DNA of 64,000 nt from Squalus acanthias (lineage: Eukaryota): assembly GCA_030390025.1 (NCBI GenBank), contig CM059432.1:35590001-35654000 (forward strand). Reading direction: 5' to 3'. Under the pieces are notes generated by a model. It saw only the letters and a program-made list of their open reading frames with translations, searched no databases and was not told where the DNA came from. The position numbers and the translations under genes are program-made. This document shows, one piece after another, positions 52,741 through 64,000 of the stretch; position 1 is the stretch's first letter, and every line of letters starts with the position of its first letter.

Positions 52741-53113
52741 AGATCATAATATGTAACAGACTAGGGACCGCTTGATAGGGATTGGTACCAAAAGTGGGTA
52801 AAGTGTTATGGGATGCAGATACCTTTGGATTAGTCCTGTTAGGAACAGTATAAATGAATTGAGATCATAAGCATAGGTTGGGAGACAAAGAAGGGAGACT
52901 TCTTGAGGGTTGAGCTGTAATTTGAGTATCTGCTGCGGCAAAGTATCTTCTGTGATGTCAAGTGCTGGTCGTATGTGGAACATTTAATCTTTAATAAATC
53001 TACAAGCCTTTATGACCCATTATTAATATAGCCACAGGACTGCATCTATTATTCCAAAATTCACATTCCTAACAACCACTCTGTTTCTTTACATATATAT
53101 ATATATATATATA

Positions 53114-53547
53114 GGTGTCAGCCATGGCTCAGTGGTAGCACTCTCGCTTCTGAGTTGGAAGATCATGGGTTCCAGTCCCGCTCTAGACACTTGAACACAA
53201 AATCTAGGCTGACACCTCAGTGCAGTACTGAGGCAGTGCTGGACTGTCGGAGGTGCCATCTTTCATATAAAACATTAAACCGACGCCCTGTCTGCCCTCC
53301 TGGGTGGACATAAAAGACCCCATGGCACTATTTGAAGAAGAGCAGGATAGTCCTGGCTAATAATTATCCCTCAACCAACATCACTAAAAATAGATTATCA
53401 GGTCATTTGATTGTGGGACCTTGCTGTGCACAAATTGGCTGCTGAGTTTCCTATCTTACAACACTTCAAAAGTACTTCATTGGCTGTAGAGCGCTTTGAG
53501 ACGTCCTGACATCATGAAAGACGCAATATAAATGCAACTCTTTCTTT
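53114..53547 (+). mobile_element. Full-length DeuSINE (SacSINE1-like) abutting the exon 11 acceptor
   Basis: tRNA head (tggctcagtggtag, ggttccagtcc), Deu core, L2-like tail tataaatgcaactctttcttt; preceded by (TA)n. Confidence 0.88.
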
Positions 53548-53554
53548 GACATAG

Positions 53555-53714
53555 GTTCCGAGCCACAGAGTGGATATGAATGTACTCATGGCCTGTCAGT
53601 TCCTGATGGAGCAGGCAGCTAGCGAAGGCAATAACCTCCTACTCCACTATATGTACCAGTACCTGCTCTTCGACTTCCGCATCTGGAGCCACAGCGACTT
53701 CGCCGTTCGATTGG
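53555..53714 (+). CDS. NBEAL2: NBEAL2 coding exon 11 (VPSHRVDMNVLMACQFLMEQ...FRIWSHSDFAVRLG), 160 nt
   Basis: ctttgacatag acceptor, G|gtaacg donor; SDFAVRLG matches NBEAL2. Confidence 0.94.
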
Positions 53715-54913
53715 GTAACGTTTCATATTTTTATTTGGAAAACCTTTTACTGGTCCGCGAAACTCAGTCTGTGCATGAGGGAGAAGGATTTGGAGAGAGG
53801 AGGAAGAGAGAGGATTAGGTCAAGTCCGTAGTGAAAATGGTCCAGCCCAAAAAAAAAGGTAATGCACTCAGAGCCTGTGCCAGCAGAAAGTCTTTGAAAT
53901 TTGGACTCTGTCTCTGGCTCGTTGATCTCTATGTGGTCATGTAGAGATCAGGCGGGAAAGTAGAGTTGAGGTGGATGATCAGCCATGATCATATTGAATG
54001 GCGGAGCAGACTCGAGGGGCCGCATGGCCTACTCCTGCTCTTATTTCTTATTTTCTTATGTACTGAGCTGCCAAAACTGCCCTGACCCAACCTAAATCTT
54101 CCCTCCCTTCTGATGGTGGTAAAAATAAAAATGAAGAGTAAATTTAAAATAGGAAATTCCCAACCTTTCAGAAGATTTTCAGAAAAGTTCAGTGTGTGCA
54201 AACCAGGATGACCAAGGGTTGGAACGGGATAGGACAGAATGCGATGGGATGACAAGGCCAGCATTTATTGCCTATCGAAAGTTTGATACAACTGAATGCC
54301 TTCCTCGGCCACTTCAGAGGGCAGTTAAAAGTCAACCATGTTTGTTTGGGACTCGAGTCGCACATAACCAGATAAAGACAGCAGGTTTCTTTCCTTAAAG
54401 GACATCAGTGAACCAGATTATGAAAATCCAGCAGCTTCATGGTCACTTTTACTGATAGCAAACTTTTATTTCCAGAATCCAAATTCTGAAATTGCCATGG
54501 GGGGATTTGAACACATGTTTTCAGGTTTCTTCGTGCAGGCCACTGGATTATTAGTCCAGTAACGTAACCACTACTCTATCATACCCCAGTTGGATCTGAA
54601 GCATGTTGTTGGGGAAGATTCGAGGGAGCTTTAATTTGCATCTGGCTGTGCTTTGCCTGACCTAATTGATGCTGATAATATGCCTAAAATGGAAAATATT
54701 CCATTCTCCAGCGCTAACATCCCTCACCCTGATGAACACAAATTGCTGTCTTACTCTCTTTTTTAAAATTAATTCTTGGGATGTGGGTGTCGTTGGAAAG
54801 GCTGGCTTTTATTGCCCATCCCTAGTTGCCCTGAGAAGGTGGCCTTCTGTAAAGTTCACCTGAAGTCTCTGCACATCAAAAAGCTCCTGTTCCTGGTAAT
54901 TTGAGATTAATGA

Positions 54914-55075
<162 letters not shown>

Positions 55076-55752
55076 TGAGTGTGAAGAGTTACTTTGTGAG
55101 TCATTTGGCTTGAAGGCAGTGAATACCTACTGTTCAGTTACTGGTTATTCAACAGGGTAGGGATTACTTACTGTTACTGTCTTGAGTTACTGGTTATTCA
55201 TAGGGTAAGGGTTATTGAATGGCGGAACAGGCCCGAGGGGCCATATGGCCTACTCCTGCTCCTACTTCTTATGTTCTTATGTATCCACTGTGTAACTGTA
55301 CCGAGTTACTGTTTATTCAACAGAGTAATGGCTACTCGCTGAGTAACTCCAGAGTTGCTGTTTACTCAGCAGGGTACGGATGAGTAACTGTACAGAGTTT
55401 AAAAAAATAATGATTGGATGTCGCTGGCAAGGCGAGCATTTATTGCCAATCTAGTTGGTAGTGGCCTGCCTTCCTGTATCACTGCTAGCGGTTTGATACA
55501 ACTGAGTGACTTGCTGGGCCAGTTCAGAGGGCAGCTAAGAGTCAACCACCTTGGTACAGGACTGGTGTCACATATAGGCCAGACCGGGTAAGGGCAGCAG
55601 GTTTCCTTCCCTAAAGGACATTAGTTGCTGCTTTTTCAGGCTATTGAATAAAAACCAAGCTACCAAGAAACCAAGTGTGATGTTGGAATTCCCATGTTTG
55701 AGGGATGGAGCAACTTTGTGGTCACTTTCATTATTTGCTCCTTTCTTCTCAG

Positions 55753-55903
55753 TGCACAGAAGGATAACCAGATCACAGCTGATGTTAAAACAGTTCAGCT
55801 GTCGCTCTTCAGCCTGGTGAAAGATTTCATCACTAAAGCAGTTACAGCCGAGGAGTTGCACAACATCATCTCCTACATGGCGACAGTAAACGATGATGAT
55901 CAG
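55753..55903 (+). CDS. NBEAL2: NBEAL2 coding exon 13 (AQKDNQITADVKTVQLSLFSLVKDF...YMATVNDDDQ), 151 nt
   Basis: ttcttctcag acceptor, CAG|gtaagg donor; phase 2 to 0. Confidence 0.92.
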
Positions 55904-56264
55904 GTAAGGAGTTTGGTGTAACTGGTATTCAGAATTCATCCACAGAGGGGTTACTGACAGATAAGCGGGTGACCTCCATGACAAGTCAACCCTTCCATGA
56001 TATCGGAACCAGATTGGTGAGGAAACTCATTTTCCCTTCCCCCATCCATTTGTAATTCATCTTTTTGTTGTTTGTTATTATGTACAAACTCAACCAAAGT
56101 GAATTTGTTCTGCCCAGGCATGATGGGATAAGGTTAACTTGTATGAATGAGAAAAGTCCCATACCAATTCATGCCTTTCAAAAACCCATCCAATTCTTAT
56201 CACACCATCTCCCATTCCAAATTTTTTTTTTTTACCAGAACCTCAAAACTGTGGACTCTCTCAA

Positions 56265-56705
56265 TAGCTACAACAGCAACTTGCATTTATATAGCACCTT
56301 TAATGTAGGAAGATGTCTCAAGATGCTTCACAAGCGCTTAATAGATGGAAATTGGTACCAAGCCAAAGAGGGCGATATTAGGACAGGTGACTAAATGCTT
56401 GGTCAAAGAGAGAGGTTTTAAGGAGGGTCTTAAAAGGTGGAAAGGCAGAGGTTTAGAGATGGAATTCCAGAGCTAAGGGCCTAGACTGCTGAGAGCACGA
56501 CCACCAAGGGTGAGACAGAGGATCTGAGGGTGCTGCGCAAGAGGCCAGAGTTGGAGGAACGCAGAGTTCTTGGAGGGTTGTAGGGCTGGAGGAGATTACA
56601 GTGGTAGAAAGGAGCAAGGCCATGGAGGGATTTGAACAAGTAAGATGAGAATTTTAAATTCTAGGAGTTGGTGGACCAGGAGCCAAAGTACAGTCAGCAA
56701 GCACA
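56265..56705 (-). mobile_element. L2 3' fragment
   Basis: Colinear with 33665-34100. Confidence 0.72.
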
Positions 56706-58095
56706 GTGGGGTGATACATGAGCATGCCTTGGCAGCAGAGCTTTGCAGTTGTACCTTCATCCTACAAGCTTCTAAAATCCGAGTTTGGTGTCATCTAGCT
56801 GCGACTGGATTTACCTTCTCTTCCATCCTAATCTTTTCAATGTTGGTGGGGTCCTTGGCCCTTCACCTTCCTTTCTCAATAAACGAAAAAGAAAGGGACT
56901 ATTTTCTTTCCTAAATTCCTTTGTCACGCTGCTCTTACTTAAACAGAAATGAATCAAATTTCTTGCAATTATATAACACAAAGAGCCTTCACAACCAATG
57001 AATCTCTTTTTAAGTGCAGTAGCTGTTGTTATGTGGGTAAACACTGCAGGCATTTTACTCACAGGAAGATCCCACAAGCTGCAAATGAATGAATAAATGA
57101 AAAGATTATGTGTCTTTTTTGGTGGTATTAGTTCAGCAAAACCAACAGTACTCCTTGCTCTTTGTCAAATAGTGACATGGGATCCTTTAATTCCTCTTGA
57201 AATGGGATGATAGCGAGATCAAAGTCGCAATGGAAAAATTTACCGCTGTCTTCCCACCTGCTTCTGTTTTGTCCAGGCCTTGGCATAGGTGGCCAAAGTT
57301 CCTGCCAGAAGCAGGCAGGAGCCTCATTACTATATGGCCCCATTAGGACCTCGATGCAACATGGGTGGTTAAACACGCAATGTTAAGGCCAAACCAGTCT
57401 TCCTTAAAGGGGATCATTGGAGGCCGATGAAAATTGGGTGCTGCGTGGCATTTGGAAGGTATTTTTTGGGGCCAGTATAAGCATCATAGCTCTTCCTCTG
57501 GTACCAAGAGAAAGCTTCCACCCACTTACTCCCCTTCTGCGCTCCTCCCCCACCCCACCCCCCACCGCCAACCATTCATTCTAGCCATCCCCTTTAAGTT
57601 CAATCTGCCGGATGGCCCACTGGAATTCCTGCCTTCCGGTAGGCGAGCTGTTGAGCAATGCTGGAAACACGCAGGCAGCTTGCCTGTAAAATTTAAATGA
57701 GCTCCGACCATTAAAATGGTTCAGGCCCTCTATTGGCGACATCGGTCAGACGCCACAATTACTCCGTCCACGCACCGGACGCTACACATCAAAATCACCT
57801 GTGGAGTCTTCATTTTAAGACAGTGCAGCGGACTCAGTACTGCAGTGATGTGTCAGCCTGGATTATGTGCTCAAGTCCTGGAGTGGGGCTTGAACCCACG
57901 GACCTTATGACTCCGAAGTAAGAGTGCAACCACTGAGCCAAGGCTGACATTTACAAGTCCTTTCCTTGGACTATCAAACGCTTAGGGTTGAGTTTGTGAT
58001 ATGACCCATTGATGGCTATTCCTCATGTTGGCTAGTCTTTTTTTTGCTTCCTATGTCCTGAGCCTCACAGAATAAAAGTTCTCTGTTTTTCTCAG

Positions 58096-58254
58096 CTTTG
58101 TGGTATTCTGGATGTGTTACTCAGTCTGTTGAAGGGAGGTCCTTCTCGAGACCAGCTCTATACCTTGTTGTTTGACTCTGGCAATGTGGAGGTGTTCTAC
58201 TCATTGATCCTACAGAAGAAGTATTCGGATGAAGTGCGTGAGAAGATCTTTAGG
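58096..58254 (+). CDS. NBEAL2: NBEAL2 coding exon 14 (LCGILDVLLSLLKGG...GNVEVFYSLILQKKYSDEVREKIFR), 159 nt
   Basis: tttttctcag acceptor, AGG|gtgagt donor. Confidence 0.92.
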
Positions 58255-59208
58255 GTGAGTTGTTCCTGGGCGAATGTGCTTACCCTTAAAATACGTATTG
58301 ATGTTTATCCTCCATGCAAGCAGTAGTCCTATTCCATATACTCACCTTATTCCCAAATCCCTTTATTCCCATTTCCAATCAATCTTAAAAGAGTGCTGGG
58401 CTTGCAGCTCAGAGGTCGTGAGTTTAAATCCCACCATGTCAAACTGTGAAATTGAACTGAATAAATTTGGTAATTTGTGGGCTGGCACCAGGAAAGCAGA
58501 ATGACTATAAAAATTGGCGGATTGTTTTAGTAACAAAACTGTTACACTGACGTCATTCAAAGAAGGGAATCAGCCACCATTAGCTGGTCTTAGCCCTACA
58601 ACGGACCCCAGTCCCACACTACCTGGTTGACTTCTTGGGGGCTATTTTTCACTTTAACCTGTCAGTTGTAGAACCTGCCTGATATTACATTCCGTTTGAT
58701 TTCAGTGGGATGAAATCTGGCTGGGTCCTACAACTGGCGGATGACTTGCTACGTCAGATTACCCCTTAGTGTTCTCAGGGCAACTAGGGATGGGCAATAA
58801 ATACTGACAGTGTTGCCCGCATCCCAAGAACCAATGTGCCTATATTTTTTGAGATGGCCAGGACCTTCCTCGGAACTGCTCTCGCTCCGCTGGCGTTACT
58901 TCATCAGAGAAGTAACTCCTCATGTAGCAGATGCTCCATTCACTCACGTAATCAATGGGTTTCTGCCGGCCTTCCGATGAAGTAACGCCATGTTGAGGTA
59001 CAGATCAGCCATGATCTAATTGAATGGCGGAACAGGCTCAAGGGGCTGAATGGCCTACTCCTGCCCCTATCGTTTGTGCTGATTTAGAGGCATTTGGGAG
59101 TATGAAGTTACCTTGGTCGGTAGCACAGAACGAGTGATGGAGACTGCAGCCCGTTTTACATTCTGCCGGATTGAAAAGAATTTACTTTTTTTTTTGGTTT
59201 CCTGACAG

Positions 59209-59368
59209 CTAATGTCCAAGATGTTGAAGTACGAGAAAGTTCACGAGAGAAGCAAGCTGCGACTGAAGCTGAAGGATATTGGGTACCAGGGTCTGACCTC
59301 CTTCCTGAATGAATTTCCTGCCTCGGTGTCGCTCATTCGGTGCCTCTCGGAGCAAGTGCTGTGCTCAG
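59209..59368 (+). CDS. NBEAL2: NBEAL2 coding exon 15 (LMSKMLKYEKVHERSKLRLKLKDIGYQGL...EQVLCS), 160 nt
   Basis: ttcctgacag acceptor, G|gtaagt donor. Confidence 0.92.
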
Positions 59369-59806
59369 GTAAGTACCTGATGTCACTCCAACACCCTGCC
59401 GAGTGACACAATCTTATTGCTGTTTTAGCCCTGAATAGAGGAGTTCGCAGAGCCGCCTTTTCCTTTTATATTTGCCTAGCATCTCTTGAAACTACTAATT
59501 TTTTGCAGGGCCTCCAATACAGCTGCTGCCCAGAATTACCAGAATGATACCGGGGTTTAGAGGTTAGATTATGAGGACAGGTTGCATAAACTTGGTTTGT
59601 ATTCCCTTTAGTATAGGAGATTGAGGGGTGATCTGATCGATGTGTTTAAAATGTTAAAAGGATTTGATAAGAACTTTACAGCCAATGAAGTACTTTATGA
59701 AGTGCAGTCACTATTGTAATGTAGGAAATTCAGCAGCCAATTTGTGCACAGCAAGAACCCACAAACAGCTATGAGATAATGACCAGATAATCTGTTTTTT
59801 AGTGAT

Positions 59807-59951
59807 ATAAAAACAGAAAATGCTGGAAATACTCAGCAGGTCAGGCATCTGTGGAGAGAGAGAAACAGATTCTCCAAAGATGCTGACTGAACTACTGACC
59901 ATTTTCAGCATTTTCTGTATTTATTTCAGCTTTCCAGCATCCACAGTATTT
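59807..59951. mobile_element. Short inverted-repeat element of a second Penelope-like type, ribozyme core not retained
   Basis: aaaacagaaaatgctggaaatactcagcagg ... cagcattttctgtatttatttc; a related remnant lies at 29497-29556. Confidence 0.55.
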
Positions 59952-61147
59952 AGAATCATCGAATCATAGAATGGTTACAGCACAGAAGGAGGCCATTTGG
60001 CCCGTCGAGCCCTTGCCAGCTCTCTGCAAGAGCACTTCAGCTAGTCCCAGTCCCCGCCCTTTCCCCGTAGCCCTGCAATTTTTCCTTCAAGTACTTATCC
60101 AATTCCCTTTTGAAAGCCACGATTGAATCTGCCTCCACCACCCTCTCAGGCAGTGTATTCCAGATCCTAACCACTCGCTGCGTAAAAAAGTTTTTCCTCA
60201 TGTCGCCTTTGGTTCTTCTGCCAATCACCTTGAATCTGTATCCTCTGGTTCTCGACCCTTCCACCAATGGGAACAGTTTCTCTCTATCTACTCTTTCCAG
60301 ACCCCTCATGATTTTGAACACCTCTATCAAATCTCCTCTCAACCTTCTCTGCTCTAAGGAGAACAACCCCAGCCTCTCTAGTCTATCCACATAACTGAAG
60401 TCCTTCATCCTTGGAATCATTCTCGTAAATCTTTTCTGCACCCTCTCTAAGGCCTTCACATCCTTCCTAAAGTGCGGTGCCCAGAATTGGACACACTTGT
60501 TGAGGCCGAATCAGTGTTTTATAAAGGTTCATCATAATTTCCTTGCTTTTGTACTCAATGCCTCTATTTATGAAGCCCAGTATCCCGTATGCTTTTTTAA
60601 CCGCTTTCTCAACCTGCCCTGCCACCTTCAATGATTTGTGCACATATACCCCCAGGTCTCTCTGTTCATGCACCCCTTTATGATTGTACCCTTTAGTTTA
60701 TATTGCCTCTCTTCGTTCTTCCGACCAAAATGTATCACTTCGCACTTTTCTGCATTAAATTTCATCTGCCACGTGTCCGCCCATTTCACCAGCCTGTCTA
60801 TGTCTTCTTGAAGACTATCACTATCCTCCTCACTGTTCACTATATTTCCAAGTTTGGTGTCATCTGCAAATTTTGAAATTGTGCCCTGTACACCCACATC
60901 CAAGTCATTAATATATATCAAGAAAAGTCATGGTCCTAGTACCAACCCCTGGGGAATACCACTGTATACCTTCCTCCAGTCCAAAAAACAACTGTTCACC
61001 ACTACTCTCTGTTTCCTGTCACTTAGCAAATTTCGTATCCATGCAGCCACTATCCCTTTTATTCCATGGGCTTCAACTTTGCAGGCAAGCCAAATATGTG
61101 GCTTTATGAAACACCTTTTTGAAGTCCATATACACCACGTCCACCAC
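59952..61147 (-). mobile_element. 5'-truncated CR1 LINE
   Basis: ORFs 60037..61206; same subfamily as 16918-18034. Confidence 0.88.
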
Positions 61148-61379
61148 CACATTTTGCTTTTGTTTTTTGGTGATGTTGGTTGAGGGATAAATATTAGCCA
61201 GGACACCGGGGAGAACTCCTCTGCTTTTCTTCAATTAGTGCTGTGGGATCTTTTACATCCTCCTGAAAGGGCAGACGTGGTTTAACGTCTCGTCCAAAAT
61301 ACAATTTTCATTGGTAAAGAAGATCAGTGCTCCCTCTCTCTCTGTTTTTTTTTAATGCTGGCTTCACTTCTCTTTTAAG

Positions 61380-61468
61380 ATCCTGTCCCAAATTACAAGG
61401 ACCTGGTTGCCGTGGTTTATCTGTCTCACAGAGCAGACTTAACTGTGCGACTGGACGTCTGTCGAAAG
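61380..61468 (+). CDS. NBEAL2: NBEAL2 coding exon 16 (DPVPNYKDLVAVVYLSHRADLTVRLDVCRK), 89 nt, GC donor
   Basis: tcttttaag acceptor; matches DLLAVVxLSxxADLxVRLDICR; ends at AAG|gcaagt. Confidence 0.88.
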
Positions 61469-62234
61469 GCAAGTGAAACATTGTACCGCAACATCCATGG
61501 TTATTATATAACTTTACACAGAATGTTACACTCTATCATTGGGTATACATATGACTGATGTATATGGTTTGTTCTATAGACAGGAGCATTATACCCAGCA
61601 GTGTGTTATTATATATACAGGAGTGTTATACCCAGCAACACACAGTGTGTTCATGTTTGACTCATGAATCCATAATAGTGGTTATGGTACTGGATCAGCA
61701 ATCCAGAGGTTGACAGTTCAAATCCCACCATGGCGAGTTGTGAAATTGAAGTCAATAAATCTGATAATTTTTGGACTGGCACCAGAACCCCCTCCATGTG
61801 CTGTTCCCAATAGGAGTCATAGTTGAGTGATCAGGAGCAGGGACTCTAACTTCTCTCCTTTTCTGAACCCAGGAAAGCCAGATGTAACACCCTACCACCA
61901 GCCGAAGGAGCATCATCTCTTGAAGGCACTATTCATTAACTCAGCAGAGACCAGGGATCAAGCTTAGGGTCTTCCCTGTCTCCAGTAACTGTCAGCACCC
62001 GTGGAAATATAACCCTGAATGAGTGGCTACCTTTAAGAGCAAACGGTAGAAAATTGGGGGAGAAAAGGATGCATTAAAAATAAATTAATAATATATTGTC
62101 TGTTTATTCTCAGAAGTAATACAGTTCATTATTCGTGAAAGGAATAGATAAACTTGAAGTAACAAGGAAATATTTATTATTGCCTATCCCCAGTTACCCT
62201 GAATGGCTTGCTTGGCCTCTACAGAAGGCATTAA

Positions 62235-64000
62235 GAGCCAAAGGGCACTTAATATTCCTGGCTACAATGTATTCAGGAAAGATGGGGAAGGAGAAAAAGG
62301 AGGAGGGTGGCTGTATTGATCAATGATATTGTTACAGCACTAGAAAGGGATGATGTACTTGAAGGTTCAAAGACAACATTTATTTGGTTAGAATTGGGGA
62401 ACAATAGCGGAGCTATTATGCTGCTGGGTGTATATTATAGGCCACTAAACAGTGGGAAGGAGATAGAGGAGCGAATTGCAGAAAGATGCAAGAACTTTAT
62501 AGTGATGATGGTGGGGGGGGGTCTCCATTATCCTAATATAGACTGGGAAAATAGTGTAAAGGGCAAAGAGGGGGAGAAAGTCCTGAAATGTATACAAGAG
62601 AACTTTCTTGATCAGTGTGTTTCCAGCCCAACGAGGAAGGAAGCAGTGCTGGATCTAGTTCTGGGGAATGAAATGGGGCATGTGGAGCAAGTTTCAGTGG
62701 GGGAACATTTGGGAAACAGTGATCACAATATCGTTAGGTTTAGAGCAGTTATGTAAAAGGACAAGGAAAAATCAAATGTGAAAATTTTCAACTGGAGGAG
62801 GGCTAATTTCAGTGAGCAGATAAAGGATCTGGCTCAGGTGGATTGGAATCTAAGATTGGCAGGTACAACAGTAAGTGGACAATGGGAGGCCTTCAAAGAG
62901 GAGATGATTCGGGTACAGACTAGACACATTCACACGAGGGGGAAAGTAAGGACATTCAAAGCTAGAGCTCCCTGGATAACTAATGATGTAGAGACTAAAA
63001 TGAAACAGAAAAAGGAAGCTTATGATAAATGTCGGGTTCATAATTCAGTCGAGAACCATGCTGAATACCAAAAGTACAGGGGAGAACTGAAAAAGGAAAT
63101 AAGAGGGGCAAAGAGAGTATGTGAGAATAGATTAGCGGATAACATAAAAGGGAACCCAAAAGTCATTTATAAAGATATAAATAGTCGAAGGGTGGGGCTG
63201 ATAAGGACAAAAAAGATCATCTTATGGAGACAGAGGGCATGGCTGAGGTACTAAATGAGTACTTTGCATCTGTCTTCATGAAAGAAGAGGATGCCGCCAA
63301 TGACACAGTAAAGGAGGAGGTAGTAGAGAAATTGGATAGGATAAAAATAGATAAAGGGGAGGTACTTAAAAGGTTGGCAGTGCTCAAAGTAGAAAAGTTA
63401 CCTGGCACAGATGGATGCATCCTAGATTGCTGAGGGAAGTAAGGGTAGAAATTGTGGAGGCACTGGTCACAATCTTGATAAAGGAAAATCGTGTTTGACT
63501 AACTTGATTGAGTTCTTTCATGAAGTAACGGAAAGGGTGGTTGAGGGTCATGTGGTTGATATTGTATATGGACTTTCAAAAGGCATTTTAAAAAGTACCA
63601 CATAATAGACTTGTTGGCACGATTGAAGCCCGTGGGATTTAAGGGGCGGTGGCTGCGTGAAAATGAAATTGGCTAAGGGATAGGAAGCAAAGGGTAGTGT
63701 TAAATGGTAATTTTTCCAACTGGAAGGAAGTGTGCCATAGCGTCCCCCAGGGGTAGGTGTTGGGACCATTTCTCTTTTTGAACTATATTAATGACCTGGA
63801 CTTGGGTATACAGGGCATAATTTCAAAGTTTGTGGATAACACGCAACTCGGAAATGCAGTAAACAGTGAGGAGGATAGTAGCATACTTCAAGATGACATA
63901 GACAGACTGGTGAAATGGGCAGATGCGTGGCAGATGAAATTTAACGCAGAGAAGTATGAAGTAATTAATTTTGGTAGGAAGAATGAGGAGAGGCAATTGT
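62235..64000 (+). mobile_element. Degraded CR1 ORF2 (endonuclease to RT), runs off the window end
   Basis: LGVYYRP, HLGNSDHN and LNEYFASVF motifs, plus RT remnants. Confidence 0.85.

Overview
Eukaryotic genomic DNA, almost certainly from a cartilaginous fish (shark-like), judged from HE1 V-SINEs, SacSINE1-like DeuSINEs and abundant CR1/L2 LINEs. The window holds the middle of one + strand gene, NBEAL2 (neurobeachin-like 2, BEACH family). I resolved 16 consecutive coding exons (3692-61468) that splice into one open frame of 2625 nt (875 aa) with every intron phase consistent. Neither the start nor the stop codon is in the window. Most intronic sequence is deeply nested mobile DNA, mainly antisense: CR1 LINEs (two full-length with esterase ORF1), L2, a Vingi-like LINE, Penelope-like fragments with minimal hammerhead ribozyme motifs, Harbinger-like and hAT-like MITEs, and HE1, Deu and LF-SINE-like SINEs. 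Highlights: (1) three hammerhead motifs, all antisense to the gene; (2) an HE1 SINE variant with a second, swapped LINE tail; (3) a 33-bp minisatellite seeded on an exon/intron junction that multiplies the 5' splice site; (4) a SINE tail that supplies an exon's polypyrimidine tract; (5) a GC donor site; (6) a putative spliceosomal intron in CR1 5' UTRs. No prokaryotic systems were seen. Repeat family names are from memory of consensus sequences, not database searches. Repeat boundaries without a stated TSD are approximate.
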